Below the pieces are notes generated by a model. It was given only the letters and a program-made list of their open reading frames with translations, was not told the DNA's origin and did no database searches. The translations under genes and the position numbers were made by a program. Below are positions 1-14,589 of a stretch of DNA of 64,000 nt, one piece after another (the first letter of the stretch is position 1; every line of letters begins with the position of its first letter). Source of the DNA: Vicugna vicugna (taxonomy: Eukaryota); the NCBI GenBank assembly GCA_013265495.1, contig MU058444.1, positions 248,001 to 312,000 of the forward strand, written 5' to 3'.

Positions 1-465
1 GGAGTCATACAGTATATATCCTTTTGTGTCTGGCTTTTTTTTTTTTGCTCAGTTTTTGAAATTCATCTACATTGTTACATGTATTAGTAAATTATTATTG
101 TTGTTATTCCATTGTTTCAACACAGTACACTTTGTTCATTCAATTATCTGTTGATGACTATTTGGGTTGTTTCCAGTTTTGGGCTATTTTTAACAAAATT
201 GATATCATTTGTAAATAAGCCTTTGTAGCGATATATGTTTTCATTTTGGGGATATAAATGTTTAGGGGTAGAGTGGCTGGATCATTATACTAGGTATATG
301 CTTATAAAAAACTTATCAAACATTGTTTTCCAAAAGTAGTTTTATCATTTTTCAGTCCCACCAGCAAAGCAGGAGTTCCAGTTGCTCCATGTGTTCAGTA
401 ACACTTGAGACCATCAATCCTCTTATTTTCAGTCATTCTAGTGGATAGGTGGTGGTGTCTCACTT
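1..465 (-). mobile_element. Old L1M LINE fragment (ORF2 end / 3' UTR)
   Basis: Typical antisense L1M motifs: ttttgtgtctggctt, tttgggttgtttccagttttgggctatt, tcccaccagca...gagttccagttgctcca. Confidence 0.75.
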
Positions 466-681
466 TAAAATCCACCTGCTGAAACCTCTGAATTCCCATC
501 TCGCCCCCTGTGACCAGCTATCACTTTGGACTTTCATTGTTTGAAAATTAATGACAACAATCATTGTCAAAAAATTACTACTAGAACACCACCACCACCA
601 ATGGAGCATTTACCACTCTCCTCACCTGAGGCTGTAAGTTCCGAGACCTATCTGCAATACAATGCGTGGAGCACAGGCAGT

Positions 682-1060
682 GCATTTATTAGCTATCTGT
701 TGCTGTGTAATAAATTACCCCCAATTTTAGCGGCTCAAAATAACAAATGTTTATTGTTTCACACAGTTTCTGAGGGTTAGGAATCCAGGAGCAGCTTAGC
801 TGAGTGGTCCTAGGTCCAGGCCTATTGTGAGGTTGCAGCTAGGGGATTGGCTGGTTCTACAGTCATTGGAGGGCTTGCCTGAGACTGGAGCATTGGCTTC
901 CCAGATGACTCACTTGCATAGCTGTGGGCAGAGGTCATATTCAGTTCCTTTCTGGCTGTCATCAGCAGCCCTGGGTTCCTTGTCGTGTAGCTCTCTCCAT
1001 TGGGCTGCCCAGCAGGGCACTTTCTCCAAAGTGAGTGATCCAGGAGACAGAGATAGATGT
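682..1060 (-). mobile_element. MaLR MLT1-type solo LTR
   Basis: Begins tattagctatctgttgctgtgtaataaattacccc...cacagtttctgagggttaggaatccaggagcagcttagctgagtgg, the reverse complement of an MLT1 LTR 3' end. Confidence 0.7.
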
Positions 1061-1089
1061 TGATTACACAGGCCAGCCAGTATATGGTG

Positions 1090-1300
1090 AATATTTATTG
1101 ACTGAACAGAGGTGTGCCTGACACTATGCTAAGCATTTTACTTAATCACCTTATTTAACCCTGATAACAACCCATGGACCATTGTCCTCATTTGTGGTAA
1201 TAAAACTGAGGCTTATAGAAGTTAAGTGATCTGTCCAACTCTACAAAGCTATTAAGGGGCAGAGCTAGAGTTGAAAGTTGGACCTTTCCAGCCCCAAAGG
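1090..1300 (-). mobile_element. MIR SINE
   Basis: MIR core: aaaactgaggcttatagaagttaagtgatctgtccaa...ggcagagctag. Confidence 0.7.
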
Positions 1301-1531
1301 ATGTGAAAAATGGTTCACACTGTAAATGAATTGCACTATTCCAAAAAAAAAAATTTTTTTTTATGGTAGTTAAAATTTTGTTTAAATTGAGTCAAAATCC
1401 TTTACATATGGGAAAAGAAACTAGAAATTATATCAATAGGCAAACCCTAGATCTCTTCAGGAGGATAAAGAACTGGTTCCCTATTCTCCAGTTGACAAGG
1501 TGTTTTCATTTTTTTCTCCCTTGTCAGATAA

Positions 1532-2083
1532 TAACAGCAGTATTTGTGATAGCCAAGACATGGAAGCAGCCAATCAACAGATGACTGGATAAAGAAGATG
1601 TGGTGTATATATGTATACACAAAGGAACATTACTCAGCCATGAAAAAGAATGAAATAATGCCATTTGCAGCAACATGGATGGACCTGGAGATTATCATAC
1701 TAAGTGAAGTAAGTCAAACAGAGAAAGACAAATATCATATGGTCATATGGTATCACTTATATGTGGATCTAAAATATGATACAAATGAACTTACTTACAA
1801 AACAGAAATAGACTCACAAAGAAAACAAACTTATGCTTATCAAAGGGGAACGTTGGGGGGAGTGATAAATTAGGAGCTTGGGATTAGCAGATACAAACTA
1901 CTATATACAGAATAGATAAACAAGGTCCTACTGTATAGCACAGGGAACTATATTCAATAACTTGTGATAACCCATAATGAAAAAGAATATGAAAAGAATA
2001 TATATATAACCGAATCACTATGCTGTACACCAGAAACTAACACAACATTGTAAATCAACTATATTTTAATTAAAAAAAAACAA
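1532..2083 (+). mobile_element. 5'-truncated L1 3' end (cetartiodactyl type) with poly(A)
   Basis: atagccaagacatggaagca...aaataatgccatttgcagcaacatggatggacctggagattatcatactaagtgaagtaagtca...acaacattgtaaatcaact plus an A-tail. ORF 1598-1873 (KKNEIMPFAATWMDLEIIILSEVSQ) is the L1 ORF2 C-terminal remnant. Confidence 0.9.
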
Positions 2084-3155
2084 ACCTATGAGGTAGTTGC
2101 ACGGATCTACAGAGCAAGTGAGACAGTACCTGTCGTCCAAGAGGTCACGGTCTTTTGGGGATTAAGGTGGGACAAAAATAATCTAACACAGGGACGTACA
2201 CATAGGGAATTCTTAATAAGGTTTGAATTTTTAAAAAGACCAGCCACATCTTTAAAATACACTTGGTGTTTATTAAAATAATCTAGTGTGATCATCTCTG
2301 GAAGTCAATAGAAGATCAAGATGAGGGAGCCAGGCCTTTTAAATTTTTATTAATTTTTTTTAAAGCAGTTGGAAAAATTACAAGGTTAGTGACTTGCTTG
2401 CCATTCCAGACTCAGGTTCTCAGACAGGAACCACAGTTTTCCACTAAAAGTGCTATAAAATGGGTTTCTGGAATGCAGGAATGAAGGAAGAGTGGCTCAG
2501 GTTCAAAGTCCAGGTAACCTTCCGTGAGAAGGTAGGACTCAAGCCAGGACAAACAAAAGACAGGGTGGAGTGGGCAGAGCAGTGGAATTTAGGGACTGAC
2601 AGGTGCAGATAGTACTTGGTGGTGCTTGGAACCATCCTCCCTGACTGGGAAGTAAAAAAGCTCTCCTAGCAGAGTTGAAATGATGAAGTGCCCCCCTCCC
2701 CATTCACCCCAGGAAAACGGTCCCGTGCATAGTTGCAACTGACACCCCATATGCCTTGCAAAAACTAGTTTCAGGCCAAAATCGGCCTCGTTACACTCAG
2801 CTTTCAGTCTTCTGCAGAAATGCGCATTCCGTGGCTCCAGATTTTAACTTTGGCAGGTTGGGGGCGGTAATGGGGAGTGTGCGTGTGGCGGGGGAGAGCC
2901 TGGGAGGTGTCTTGGCAGAGGTCGCAGGCACTGGAAGGGGAAGGTGTGAGGCCTAGAGGGCAGCCAGGTTGGGAGTAGAGTCGGAGTAGACCCTGGAAAA
3001 CAATCCATCAATGTGATTGGTTTTGACCTGGTCGGCAAGCCTTTGTGAAGGAGCCAGCTTGGTTAGACACGGAGAAGAGGGGGCAGTGCAGGGTCCTGGC
3101 TCTAGTCCGTGGGTATGACTCGGGGGCGAAGGAATGGTCGTTACCCCAGTAGTGA

Positions 3156-4784
<1,629 letters not shown>

Positions 4785-7700
4785 TGACCGGGCAGGTGAG
4801 GCGCCAGGTGGCTCGGGCCGTTCCCCGCCGGGAGGACGGAGCGCGGCACCCCGCTCCCGGGGCGGCCCCCTCGCCCTGCATTCCCGGACCGCTGGCCGGG
4901 GAGTGTTTCCCCCTCGGCCCGGGCAGAGCGGGGAGGAGGTGGGCAGCGCGCGAGCGAGCCGCGCTATCCCGGCATCTTCCGAGGAATGTGCTCCGGGCCT
5001 TATCGCGGGTGGGCCGTGCCGGGAAGGGCTGTAGCTGGGCGGCCTGCCTGGGCTCCGGGACCGGCCTAGGAGGGGGGCTGCGCCCGCGGAGCCGTGGGCA
5101 GGTGCCCAGGTGCCCGCCGCTCGGGCCCGGCCTGCGTGGACCTGTTGCGTGGAAGCAGGCGCGGTGAGTGTCCGCAGAGGCTCTGCCCCGCGGACCAGCC
5201 TTGCAGCCGCCGCTCCCAGAGCGGCCGCCTTCAGCTTGCCGCCTTCTGCCCTTGCGGTGATGTGTTACCTTTTCAGAATTGTTTATGTAAATTAATCACT
5301 CTGCTGCGGCCGGACTTGTCAAGCGACACATGCTGATCGTGCTTTAATGGAGGGCCCGGAACTGCGAACTTTCCACCTTCGAGCTTGCCCAGGGAACTTA
5401 GCTTGAGGAAGCCTTAAGGAGGAAGGTATCCCCAGTCCAGGGCCGTCTGTGCAGGAAGTCGGTGTGCAGTAGTCCGAAGGTGTTCAGGAAGTAGGGGCCC
5501 TGAAGGCCGGAGCGTCGGAACTCGTATCTTGCTGGACCCTTTTTGTTAACACAAAGCCCAGACGCGGGCACAAACACTCACTAGTCAGACGTTCGGGCTT
5601 GTTAGAATGCCCCGATGCGTTCTCCGGCCGGAGAGTGTTTTCAGCAGCAGAACTGTGTTTTTCTCAACCTTTCAAGTGTTGTTATTCTCCTTGGATTAAC
5701 TTTCCTTGGTCTGTGTGGAATTGATTGGATGGTTTGCTCTGTGCGATCCCGGGGATTATCCTCGCTCGGATCTTTGCAAAGTCCACCCCCCCACCCCCAG
5801 GCTTTATTTAGCTTAGAAGCAGAAAAGCCATCCAGTTCCCTCCAGCGTTTATTATTTTGCAGGCATTTTTCAAACATGGTTTTATCCGGCCTTTAGCTTC
5901 CTTAAATTTGACTTAAAGTCACGAGCTCACTTACTGCCATAAGTTGTGATGAGTTTTAGGCACGGCTATGGCCAGGAATATAAAATATGTAATTTAATAC
6001 GCTTCAAGGGCTTCAGAAGGAAGTTGTGAGAAGAGGGGAGTGAAAAGTTGTTCTGCTAGAAACGTTTCCGTGCTCTCTGTGGTGGTGTTTTGCTTGTTTG
6101 TTTCCTTCTGCTGGACTGGAAGATGCCCTTTGACTTGGATTGGCTTTTCACTCCCTCCTGCAGAGTTTGTGGGTTTTCCTGTAACGTTGGGGAATTCAGC
6201 TCGGTATGAGAAATTAGGGGTTTGGATGTGTCAGGTATTTCTCTTGATTCTAAATGGAAAACTTCTCAGAAGCTCAAAATACAGTCTGTAAATGTGGGCA
6301 TAAACAAGCTTTTCAGAGGCTAGACGTGGTCTCGGTGATGGGTCATTGCTCTGACAGCTCTTAAATTAGTTTTATAGTTTTCAAGTTGTATAAAATCCAT
6401 TTGTCCCTGACTCATTGCGTGCCTGGGTGCGTGCAAGGCAGACTCCGGACAACCACCTTGAAAACACAGATGTTTGATTCACCATCTTTGCTTGGGCGTC
6501 TGTTGTTTCTCCTCTGACATGTGTGTAACTCATTAGTGCTGCTCACTGCTGTCCCTGCCCCCTGCCCCCTCCCATAGCCCCACCCCTACCCCCTTGCCTG
6601 CCACTGATGGGCCTCCAAGGTGCTTGTGGGGGTGGCCATACCTGCTGTATGTTCTTCATTTGCAGCCAGAAGGGAAGCCTGCACCCTCCACCCCAACAGC
6701 AAAGGTGCACCCCTCTAGCCTTTAGCATAGTGAAAAGCACCTCCTTCTCCTTGGAGGTCTGCAACCTCTGTTAGCTCCAGTCCCCTTGTTTCACAAACGG
6801 AGACTCAGAATTGAAGTGACTTTTTCAGGGCTAATTCCCGCCAGTTAGATGCAGAATCGCTGTCACCCTCCTATTCAGGTGTCTGCCAACTATGACAGCT
6901 TTGGACTCCCAGCAGGAACCTGGCCCGCTGTGCTTCTAGCACCGTCAGACCCTCAGTTACTTAGCCCCCCTGTCTGACTCACGTCATTAAAGCTTGGCTG
7001 CAGTCAAGCATTTACTGACCCTCCAGTATTTGCTAGTTGTGGGAATGTAGAGATTAAGGAAGGTGTGATTCCTCCGAGCTGTTTGCAGCTTTGCGGGGAG
7101 TCGGGGACTTCAGTACAGATGTGGTGGGTGTGGGGTGGAGTGGGCACCCCAGTTACCAGACTTGGTGGTTGCTTCCCTGATCTTCTAACCTTTTTGCTGA
7201 ACCTGCACCACCATCTCCAGCAGGATCCACCTTGTGATAGCCTCCAGGCTGCCGTTCTGCAGGGTTGCTTAGAGCCTTCACCTTTAGCCTGGAGCAGTTG
7301 GACGAGAGCCTCACCACCCCTTCCCATCCTCCCTCCTCTCCTCTCCTCCATCCCTTTGGGATATTGTTAACAGAGGCACCTTGAGATGCCCCCTTGGGAG
7401 CATAAGCCTGGCATCCAGTAGGTCCTGCTGGATAAACTGCTGTTAATCTGTGGAATGAAAGTTGCTAAGTCTGATCCAAATCTTCCTCCTCTGCTTCTTT
7501 CTTGGCCCTGAAGCACATCACTGCTGCAGCATTGGTCCTTTTAATGGAGTCGGGGGTCTTCAGGTTGGAGGCATCCTCAGAAGTGGAGGTCGTCTAAGTG
7601 GTGCAGTGGTTTTGTCTTCCTCTCCATCATCAGTCCATCCCTGCCTTCCTCTTTGCACATCCTCTGTGTTTCTGATGCCATCAGTTTCCCCACAGTGAGC

Positions 7701-7934
7701 CCCGATTCTCTGATACCTTCCAACACGTGCGTTTACGTGGCCTCTCTAGACCATCACAGCGCCTGGTCTAATAGGCAGCAGATATTTGGAGTGAACGCTG
7801 TCAAGCCTTTCTCGTTTAACAGGTTGAGTTTCGTCTTGTCACCTCCTCTTAGTGAGAGTTCAGTTGATCGTCCCATGACTGTCCACTGACCTTATCTCAG
7901 ATACCTGCTCCTGCCCATCATTCTTTCTCACGTC

Positions 7935-8108
7935 CTGCTTTGTTTTCCCGCGCCCTCAGAGTACGTATCACTGTATCACTACTGAGCTCCAGTCTGCACT
8001 TGCTTACTTGCCCAGCTCCCCACCCAGCACATAAGCTCCTTGAGGGCAGGGGTGCTTTTGTTCGAGGCTGAACCCAGGACCGTGTCTGGTACACAGTGGG
8101 CACTCCAG
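7935..8108 (+). mobile_element. L2 LINE 3' fragment
   Basis: taagctccttgagggcagggg...gtgtctggtacacagtgggcactc is the L2 3' terminal motif. Confidence 0.6.
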
Positions 8109-8922
8109 TGCCTGTGGCACGGACAAGTCCTTATACCCTGTCACGGGTGGACGGCCCCGTTTCTTAGCCATCGTGACTGCCCTTCCCACCTCTGGCTGAG
8201 GCTGTGCACCAGTCTGCTGGAATCGGTAACAACACAGAGACACTGAGAACTCAGAGGTCCTGTGCTGCCCATCTGTTCTCTATCTCTTCTATGCTGGACA
8301 CTTTTGACCGCCTTACCTTTTGGAGATAATCTTTATGCGTCGTCAACATATTCTGTGGCTATGACTTGCACATCTCCAGCTGTGATCTGTTGAGAGGACA
8401 CTCATGCCCAGGTGGAATAAGCCACTCTTGTTTTCAACCCACCATGTTTCAGTTTAGGTCTTGCCCCCCCCCAGGTGGCTTCTCTCCCCAACAGTTCCAT
8501 TTCTAAAGGCTGGGGCAGCCGCTCTCCCTGCCTCACGGATTCAGGGACTTAGCTTCTCATCTCCGCCATCCTTCCATCAGAATGCCCTCTTCCCTCTCCA
8601 TCTCTCGCTCCCCTGGCTGGTTCCCCCTGGATTCCTGCTGTCCTGTCCGAGGCTGGCCATCTTCTGTGGGTGCTCTTAGGGCTGGGCTGGAAGGAGCGGG
8701 AAGCAGGGATGCTGGAGTCAGTTCAGGTGCTGCTCCATCACCTGCATTCTTTCTTCAAGCCTCCCTTTCCTCACCTGTCACAGTAGCACCTACTTTGTAT
8801 GGTTATTCTGGGATTAAAGAGATAATGCAGGCAGTGCACTAAACAGTTAGGGCTGAGATGGCTAAGCTCCTTTTGGATACTGTGGCAAGATGCTTTTTAG
8901 GATACAGTGTTGGTTATTATGT

Positions 8923-9664
8923 ATTTTTTTTGAAGTATAGTTATTTACTATGTTGTGTTAGTTTCTAGTGAACAGCATAGTGATTCAGTTATATGTATAT
9001 ACATATATATATATTCCTTTTCAGATTCTTTTCCATAATAGGTAATTGTAAGATACTGAATATAGTTCCCTATGCTATACAATAGAAACTTGTTGTTTAT
9101 CTGTTTTATACATAGTTGTTCATATCTGCAAATCCCAAGCTCCCAATTTATCCCGCCTCTCTTTGCCCTTTGGTAACCATAAATTTGTTTTCTATGTCTG
9201 TGAGCCTCTTTCAGAAATTTATCCCTCTTTGCCCTTTGGTAACCATAAATTTGTTTTCTATGTCTGTGAGCCTCTTTCAGTTTTGTAAATAAGTTCATTT
9301 GTGTCATTTTTTAAGATTCCACAGGTAAGTGATGTCATATGATATTTGTCTTTCTCTGGCTTACCTTCAGTTGGCAAGATCATCTCTAGGTCCAACCATG
9401 TTGCTGCAAATGGCATCATTTCACTCTTTTTTATGGCTGACTAGTACTTCCCATTATATAAATATGCCATAACTTCTTCCAGTCATCTGTTGATGGACAT
9501 TTAGGTTGCTTCCATGTCTTGGCTATTGTAAATAGTGTTGCTCTGAACATTGGGGTGCATGTATCTTTTCGAATTAGAATTTTCTCCAAATGTGTGCCTA
9601 AGAATGGAATTGCTGAAATGTATGGTAACTCTATTTTTTAGTTTTCGAAGGAATCTCCATCCTG
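8923..9664 (-). mobile_element. L1 3' end, antisense, with an internal ~66-bp tandem duplication
   Basis: Poly(T) then gaagtatagttatttac...catgttgctgcaaatggc...gatggacatttaggttgcttccatgtcttggctattgtaaatagtg...ggaatctccat. Confidence 0.9.
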
Positions 9665-10920
9665 AGGAAACTGTTTTATAAACTGGACTTTGAAGACATT
9701 TTCCTGGGAATTGGTAAATTAATTTTTAAAACAAAAGTTAAAATTTTAACTTTCTTTTAAATAATAATTTTTAAAACATCCTAGGTTCTGTAACATCTAG
9801 ATGACCTTACAATGAGTCGTGCCATAAGGATTTTGTGCCGATGTTAGACTGAGCACCCCTTTGATTGTCTCTAGCGAAGCAGGAAGGGTCAGATGTGGAC
9901 TTATCACAGAAATCATGCTTTAGAGTCACTTGAAGGCTGGAAGTTCATGAACTAAGGTTTCATGGCAGTTTGCCAAGAGTGATGGATGCTGAAGATCTCC
10001 CTGCCCCGTGGTGGTGCAGCCTCCCTGAGTCACGAGGAACCTGCCCCAGGTAGCGTCTTGCACACGATGCAAAACTGTCATCGTCATCTGTCATGTGCAA
10101 TTAACACTGAGTTCTCTTTTGTTGTTTTTTAATCAGATTTTTAAGTTGTTTCACCTTATTGTTTTCATAAGAGCTCAAGCACAGGGTGGGCATACCTAGC
10201 TCTTTATTCAGACATGCTTAAATAACATTATAATGAAAATGAATTTAAGGCAAAGCCCAGGAGGAAGGGCGTCCAAGAGATCACTGTCCCCTGGGAGCGG
10301 TGACCCGCATGTTCCTCAGGTTTGGGAAGCCGCACTTCTTTCTCAAATGTGCTGTTGGCTTTCTGATTCTGTTACTTGTGAGTCCAGCCCCCCTTCCTCT
10401 TCTCCTGCTCCTGCCTCACAGACCCCCCCCCCACTTCCCAGGTGAGGAGACTGAAGCCTGGGGGAGGAGTAATTTCCTCCAGGTAGGTGGACATTAAGGT
10501 CTCTTTGATTAGAAGCATTGAGTAGCTGCTGCACATTAGTAATAATCCTAATAGCCACCGCTTACTGAGATTTTACTGAGCTCCAAACATTGTATTAAAT
10601 GCTCAGTATAAATTATTTCCCTTAAATGGAATAGCAACTCACGTTAGCCCTTATAATTCCAGTTTAGCCAGTGCAGACGCTGAGGCTTATTTAAGAAGTT
10701 GCTCCAGAAGCTTGTGTAAGGAACTGGGCTGAGGTCTGCTGTGGGGCCAGCGCCTGCCTCCAGCCCCGCGTGTCACTTGCCCCTGGGGGTGGGGCCCGGC
10801 TGTGTGACCTGCTTCGAGGAGCCTCCACTGAAGGTGATGACACCTCCAAGGTGTCTCTCTCTCTCTCTGAGGAGCCAAGGGAAGGCTTCAGAGGGGGTGA
10901 CATTCGCATTGGAAAGAAGG

Positions 10921-11152
10921 AATTCGTTTTCTCTGGACATATGCCCAGGAGTGGGATTGCTGCATCATATGGTGACCCTAGCTTCTTAAGGAAGCTCTCT
11001 TCTGTTCTCGTTGGTGGCTGCACCAAACTACATTCCCACCAACAGTGTAGGGAGTGGTCCCTTTTATATGTGAATAACTGAATCACTCTGCTGTACACCA
11101 GAAACTAACACAACATTGTAAATCAACTGGACTTCAATTAAAAAAAAAAAAA
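10921..11152. mobile_element. Short 5'-inverted L1 insertion (twin-priming structure)
   Basis: 10921-~11063 is antisense L1 (atatgcccaggagtgggattgctg...cattcccaccaacagtgtagg). It is fused to a sense L1 terminus (ataactgaatcact...caacattgtaaatcaact) with poly(A) at 11140-11152. Confidence 0.8.
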
Positions 11153-13060
11153 GAAAGGGAAAGACATGTCGTGGTTGCCCAAACCAGTCCTTTCCAGGTG
11201 GCTCGGGTTAGGATGCCTGAGGGGTCGAGGAGGACTGGACAGAGGCTGGTGTTGGGGCCCTTTGGCAAGGAGATGAACTCTGTCCCCTGGATGGCATGTC
11301 AGCAGAGGCACAGCACAGGTTGGACCTCTGTTCTAGAAAGGTGGCTCTGGGGCGGGGTGGGGGAAGCAGTCCGGAGCCCCTGTGGTGGTCTGGGTGGGAG
11401 GAACCATATAACACCTGTGGGCTGGGCGAGGCGGGTGCTTCGTGGAGGATGTTCAGGCTGGGAGCTTCCTGCCCTCTGGTCCAGTGCTCTTTCTCTGCCC
11501 GCTTCCGTGTTGTGCGGACCACCCAAGGTCTGCATCAGTGCTCTGGGGGCACGAAGCATTTACCTCCCTTTTGTGGACACATTTTCCTCGATTGTTGAAT
11601 GTTATGTGTCTGCATTCAACTCGTAAATTGCTCGCTAAGCTTTGTACGTAGTCATTGGCTTGGGGGAAAGATGGACAGCCAGATGTGCTCAGGATGGGGC
11701 AGTTTGTTTGTTTTGGATTTCGGATGAATATGGTCAGTGAGTTGATAAAACTGCAGCCGCAATAACGCTGGTAGCCCAGTGGGTTCTGTTTTCCTGAGGA
11801 ATGTGTCTGGGTACCATGTGTGTACCAGACCACGGACCTCAGTTGCCTCATCCTCTGCTGATGCTCTGAAACACTGGTGCCTGGAGCATTTTTCATTTCC
11901 AGAGTAACTTGGGAGTCAACTCGAGGCTGACATCTCATTTTTAAAAAATCGTTCAATTCTTTGAGGAGATAGCAATACTACCCACTTAATAAACCTTTGC
12001 TAGAGTTTGACCAAATTGAGCTGTGCTGGTAAAATAGCAAAGTGAGCCTGTTTCCACAGTCTCCTCCCCTCTTTTCTGGGGCTTTCAGGGACAAGGGGGC
12101 ACCTCGACCCCTCTTCATAGCTTCCAGAGTGTCATCCTCTCTGCCAGAAAGTGAGCTTCTGTACTGCGATAAGTCGGCACTTGGGATTGTCTTAAAAAGG
12201 ATCCTTTACACAGACCAGAAATCTGAGGGGTAAAGCATAGCTGATGTTTGCCCAGGAGGGTCAGGAACAGCAGTGTGAACGTTTCTCAGCAGTGATGACA
12301 AAAAATCCCAGCCTTGGTCCTGCCGGGCCCTGGACGGAGGTGTCGGGCACTTTGTGGGGAGGACCCCGCAAGGCTGCAGGCTGCTGTCTTGGCTCACCGA
12401 AGTCTAAAGAAAGTTTGCTTATTTTAGGACTCTGCCCGGAACACAGGGCTAGAGATATTCGTCCCCTTCATGTGATAGTTTGAGTGGTGATGAGATCACG
12501 GGCCAGAGCTTAGTAAGTGCATAGGAGAAACTCCTGGATGTCCATTTACTTTCTCCTGGGTATTACTTAGTGGGCGGAATGGTAATTTACTATCGCATGT
12601 GGTATTTTAGGAGGTCTAATCCGGTGTGTGTGCGTTTGTGCCTGCAGTGTAAAGTACTTTGAACTTCTGGAAGTAAGATGGAATATTTTAAAAATTTATT
12701 TTTTTTTTGCTTATCATCATTTTGAGGAATTTCCTTATCTAGGCTGTAGCTTCTAGATTCCAGAGAATTTGACTCAGTTGGGAGAAATTTGTTAATTTCT
12801 GTTTCCAAGAACCGCAAGGAGTAGATTTGACATGTGGTGGGTAAAAGGTGTTACACCTAATTGCAGCGTGTTACAGACTGAATCCTGGAGGGTATGATCA
12901 GATGGTGGAGGACTCTCCACCCTGACCGCTCCAGTCGCCTTTCTCTCCACAAGCCACAGCCCCTTCTGGGGGAAAGATAATCAGAGGGGCTGTCAGCTGA
13001 CTCGTGGGGGAAGTGGGGAGCATTTGTGAAGGGCAGAAAGGAGCTGCTGAAACCTGAGGA

Positions 13061-13242
13061 TGTGACCTGGGCTCTGACTTCCTGACCTGATGGAGAGGAT
13101 GCTGTGACCTGGGCTCTGACCTCCTGACCTGATGGAGAGGGTGCTGTGACCTGGGCTCTGACCTCCTGACCTGATGGAGAGGGTGCTGTGACCTGGGCTC
13201 TGACCTCCTGACCTGATGGAGAGGACGCTGTGACCTGGGCTC
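13061..13242. repeat. Minisatellite, 42-bp unit, ~4.3 copies
   Basis: Unit tgtgacctgggctctgacctcctgacctgatggagagg(g/a)(t/c)gc starts at 13061, 13103, 13145, 13187 and 13229. Copies are nearly identical. Confidence 0.97.
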
Positions 13243-13499
13243 GTGCTGTTAGTGCAGCTGGCCTGACTTTGGACCATGACGTGGCCTTGTTTCGTCTCAT
13301 TACAGGAGTATTATGTGTTGGATGCATCGAAAAATTCAAAGAATAAAAAATGTGACACTTTCCTTGATTCTTTCCAAGTGATACCAGACATGAATGATTT
13401 TAGAAGGTATTCTTACAGACTTTTCCTCTTCACATGCCACCATATAGTTATTACTCTTAAAATGACAAGAGGACCCCTATGTAAATTACTATGTAAATT

Positions 13500-13828
13500 G
13501 CTTTGCCACTTTTGTTTTTTTTTTAACTTCACACTGTGTCCTGGACATCTCCACGTCAGTACGTATAGGTGTATTTGAGCAGTGATGCTAGTGCTATAGA
13601 GTTCCCTCGTGTGGGATATGCCAGAGTTGATTTATTTCACCATCCTCCAATTGCTGAATATTTAAACTGTTTCCAGCTTATTTTTCTGCAGTGACAAATC
13701 ATGCTGGACTATATGTTCCTGTACATGTCCCTTTGCAGATGTTTCTTTAAGATGAAGTTCAAGATGCATAATTGTCGGATGAAAGGGTGCACACTTTAAA
13801 AATTTCAGTAGATATTGCTAGATTGTCA
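13500..13828 (-). mobile_element. Old L1ME-like fragment
   Basis: Diverged antisense L1M motifs: atatttaaactgtttccagc, gaaagggtgcacactttaaaaatttcagtagatattgc. Confidence 0.55.
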
Positions 13829-14589
13829 AAGATTATTATTTTTTTAATCAGAGTTGAATGGAGGCCTTGCCATTAGGGAAGTCTACCCACTTCCCAGCTA
13901 GAGGATGAAGGATGAGGGGGGTAAGGTGATGTGTCACAGGAGTATGAAAACGTGGGCTGTCCTCTCCCCGTCCTGACTGCACCTGCTGTGAGCTCTCCCG
14001 GGGGCTGGAAACATAGGCCAGGAGGTGGTTCTGTCATTTCTGCTCCTTTTCTCCTTGACAGGACTCCTTCCCGTAGACCTGTGAAAGCCCTCGGGTAGGC
14101 TTCCGTCAGGCACTCAGATTTTTGTTCCAGGTCTTTGGAAGACAGACATCTGACTCCTGTGTTGAAGTAGCCTATGGGCTGCAATCGGGCAGGGAAGCGA
14201 GTGGGATGGAGTTCCTCACGTAGCTCAGTGCCAGGCAAACTGGGAGTTGCCGTGGACCTCAGGGGAGGCTGGTTTTCACCGAAGGGAGGTTCAGATGGGC
14301 CGGGCAGTGGGGGCGGGCATCGCAGACGGGAAGCTTTTGTGAGTCAACGTGATGTTGTGTTGCGGAGCAGAGACCCTCACTCTGGGTTGTGTTTCTGGAG
14401 CAGGGGGTGCAGATGGATGATGTGCAGGATGTGGGGGGGACAGGCAGCGTGGCACCAACGCGGTGTGATGACTGCGTGGACCAGCCCCGCCCCCGGCCCG
14501 CTTCCTGACGTGGCGGTTCAGGCCCGCGTCTCCCGCTGGCCGGGAGAGTCTGTAGACTACTCAGGAGGGGGACCTCTTGGTCGCAACGC

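Noticed and set aside
1598..1873. 91-aa ORF, and similar ORFs at 8948-9307, 10691-11098, 36455-36649 and 58781-59095
   Set aside because: These are translations of L1 ORF2-end or 3' UTR remnants, not host genes.
13061..13242. CRISPR-like array or repeat-protein gene (ORF 12857-13339, VRAQVTAPSPSGQE repeats)
   Set aside because: The units are contiguous with no unique spacers, there are no cas genes, and the context is mammalian. The ORF stays open only because the 42-bp unit is a stop-free multiple of 3.
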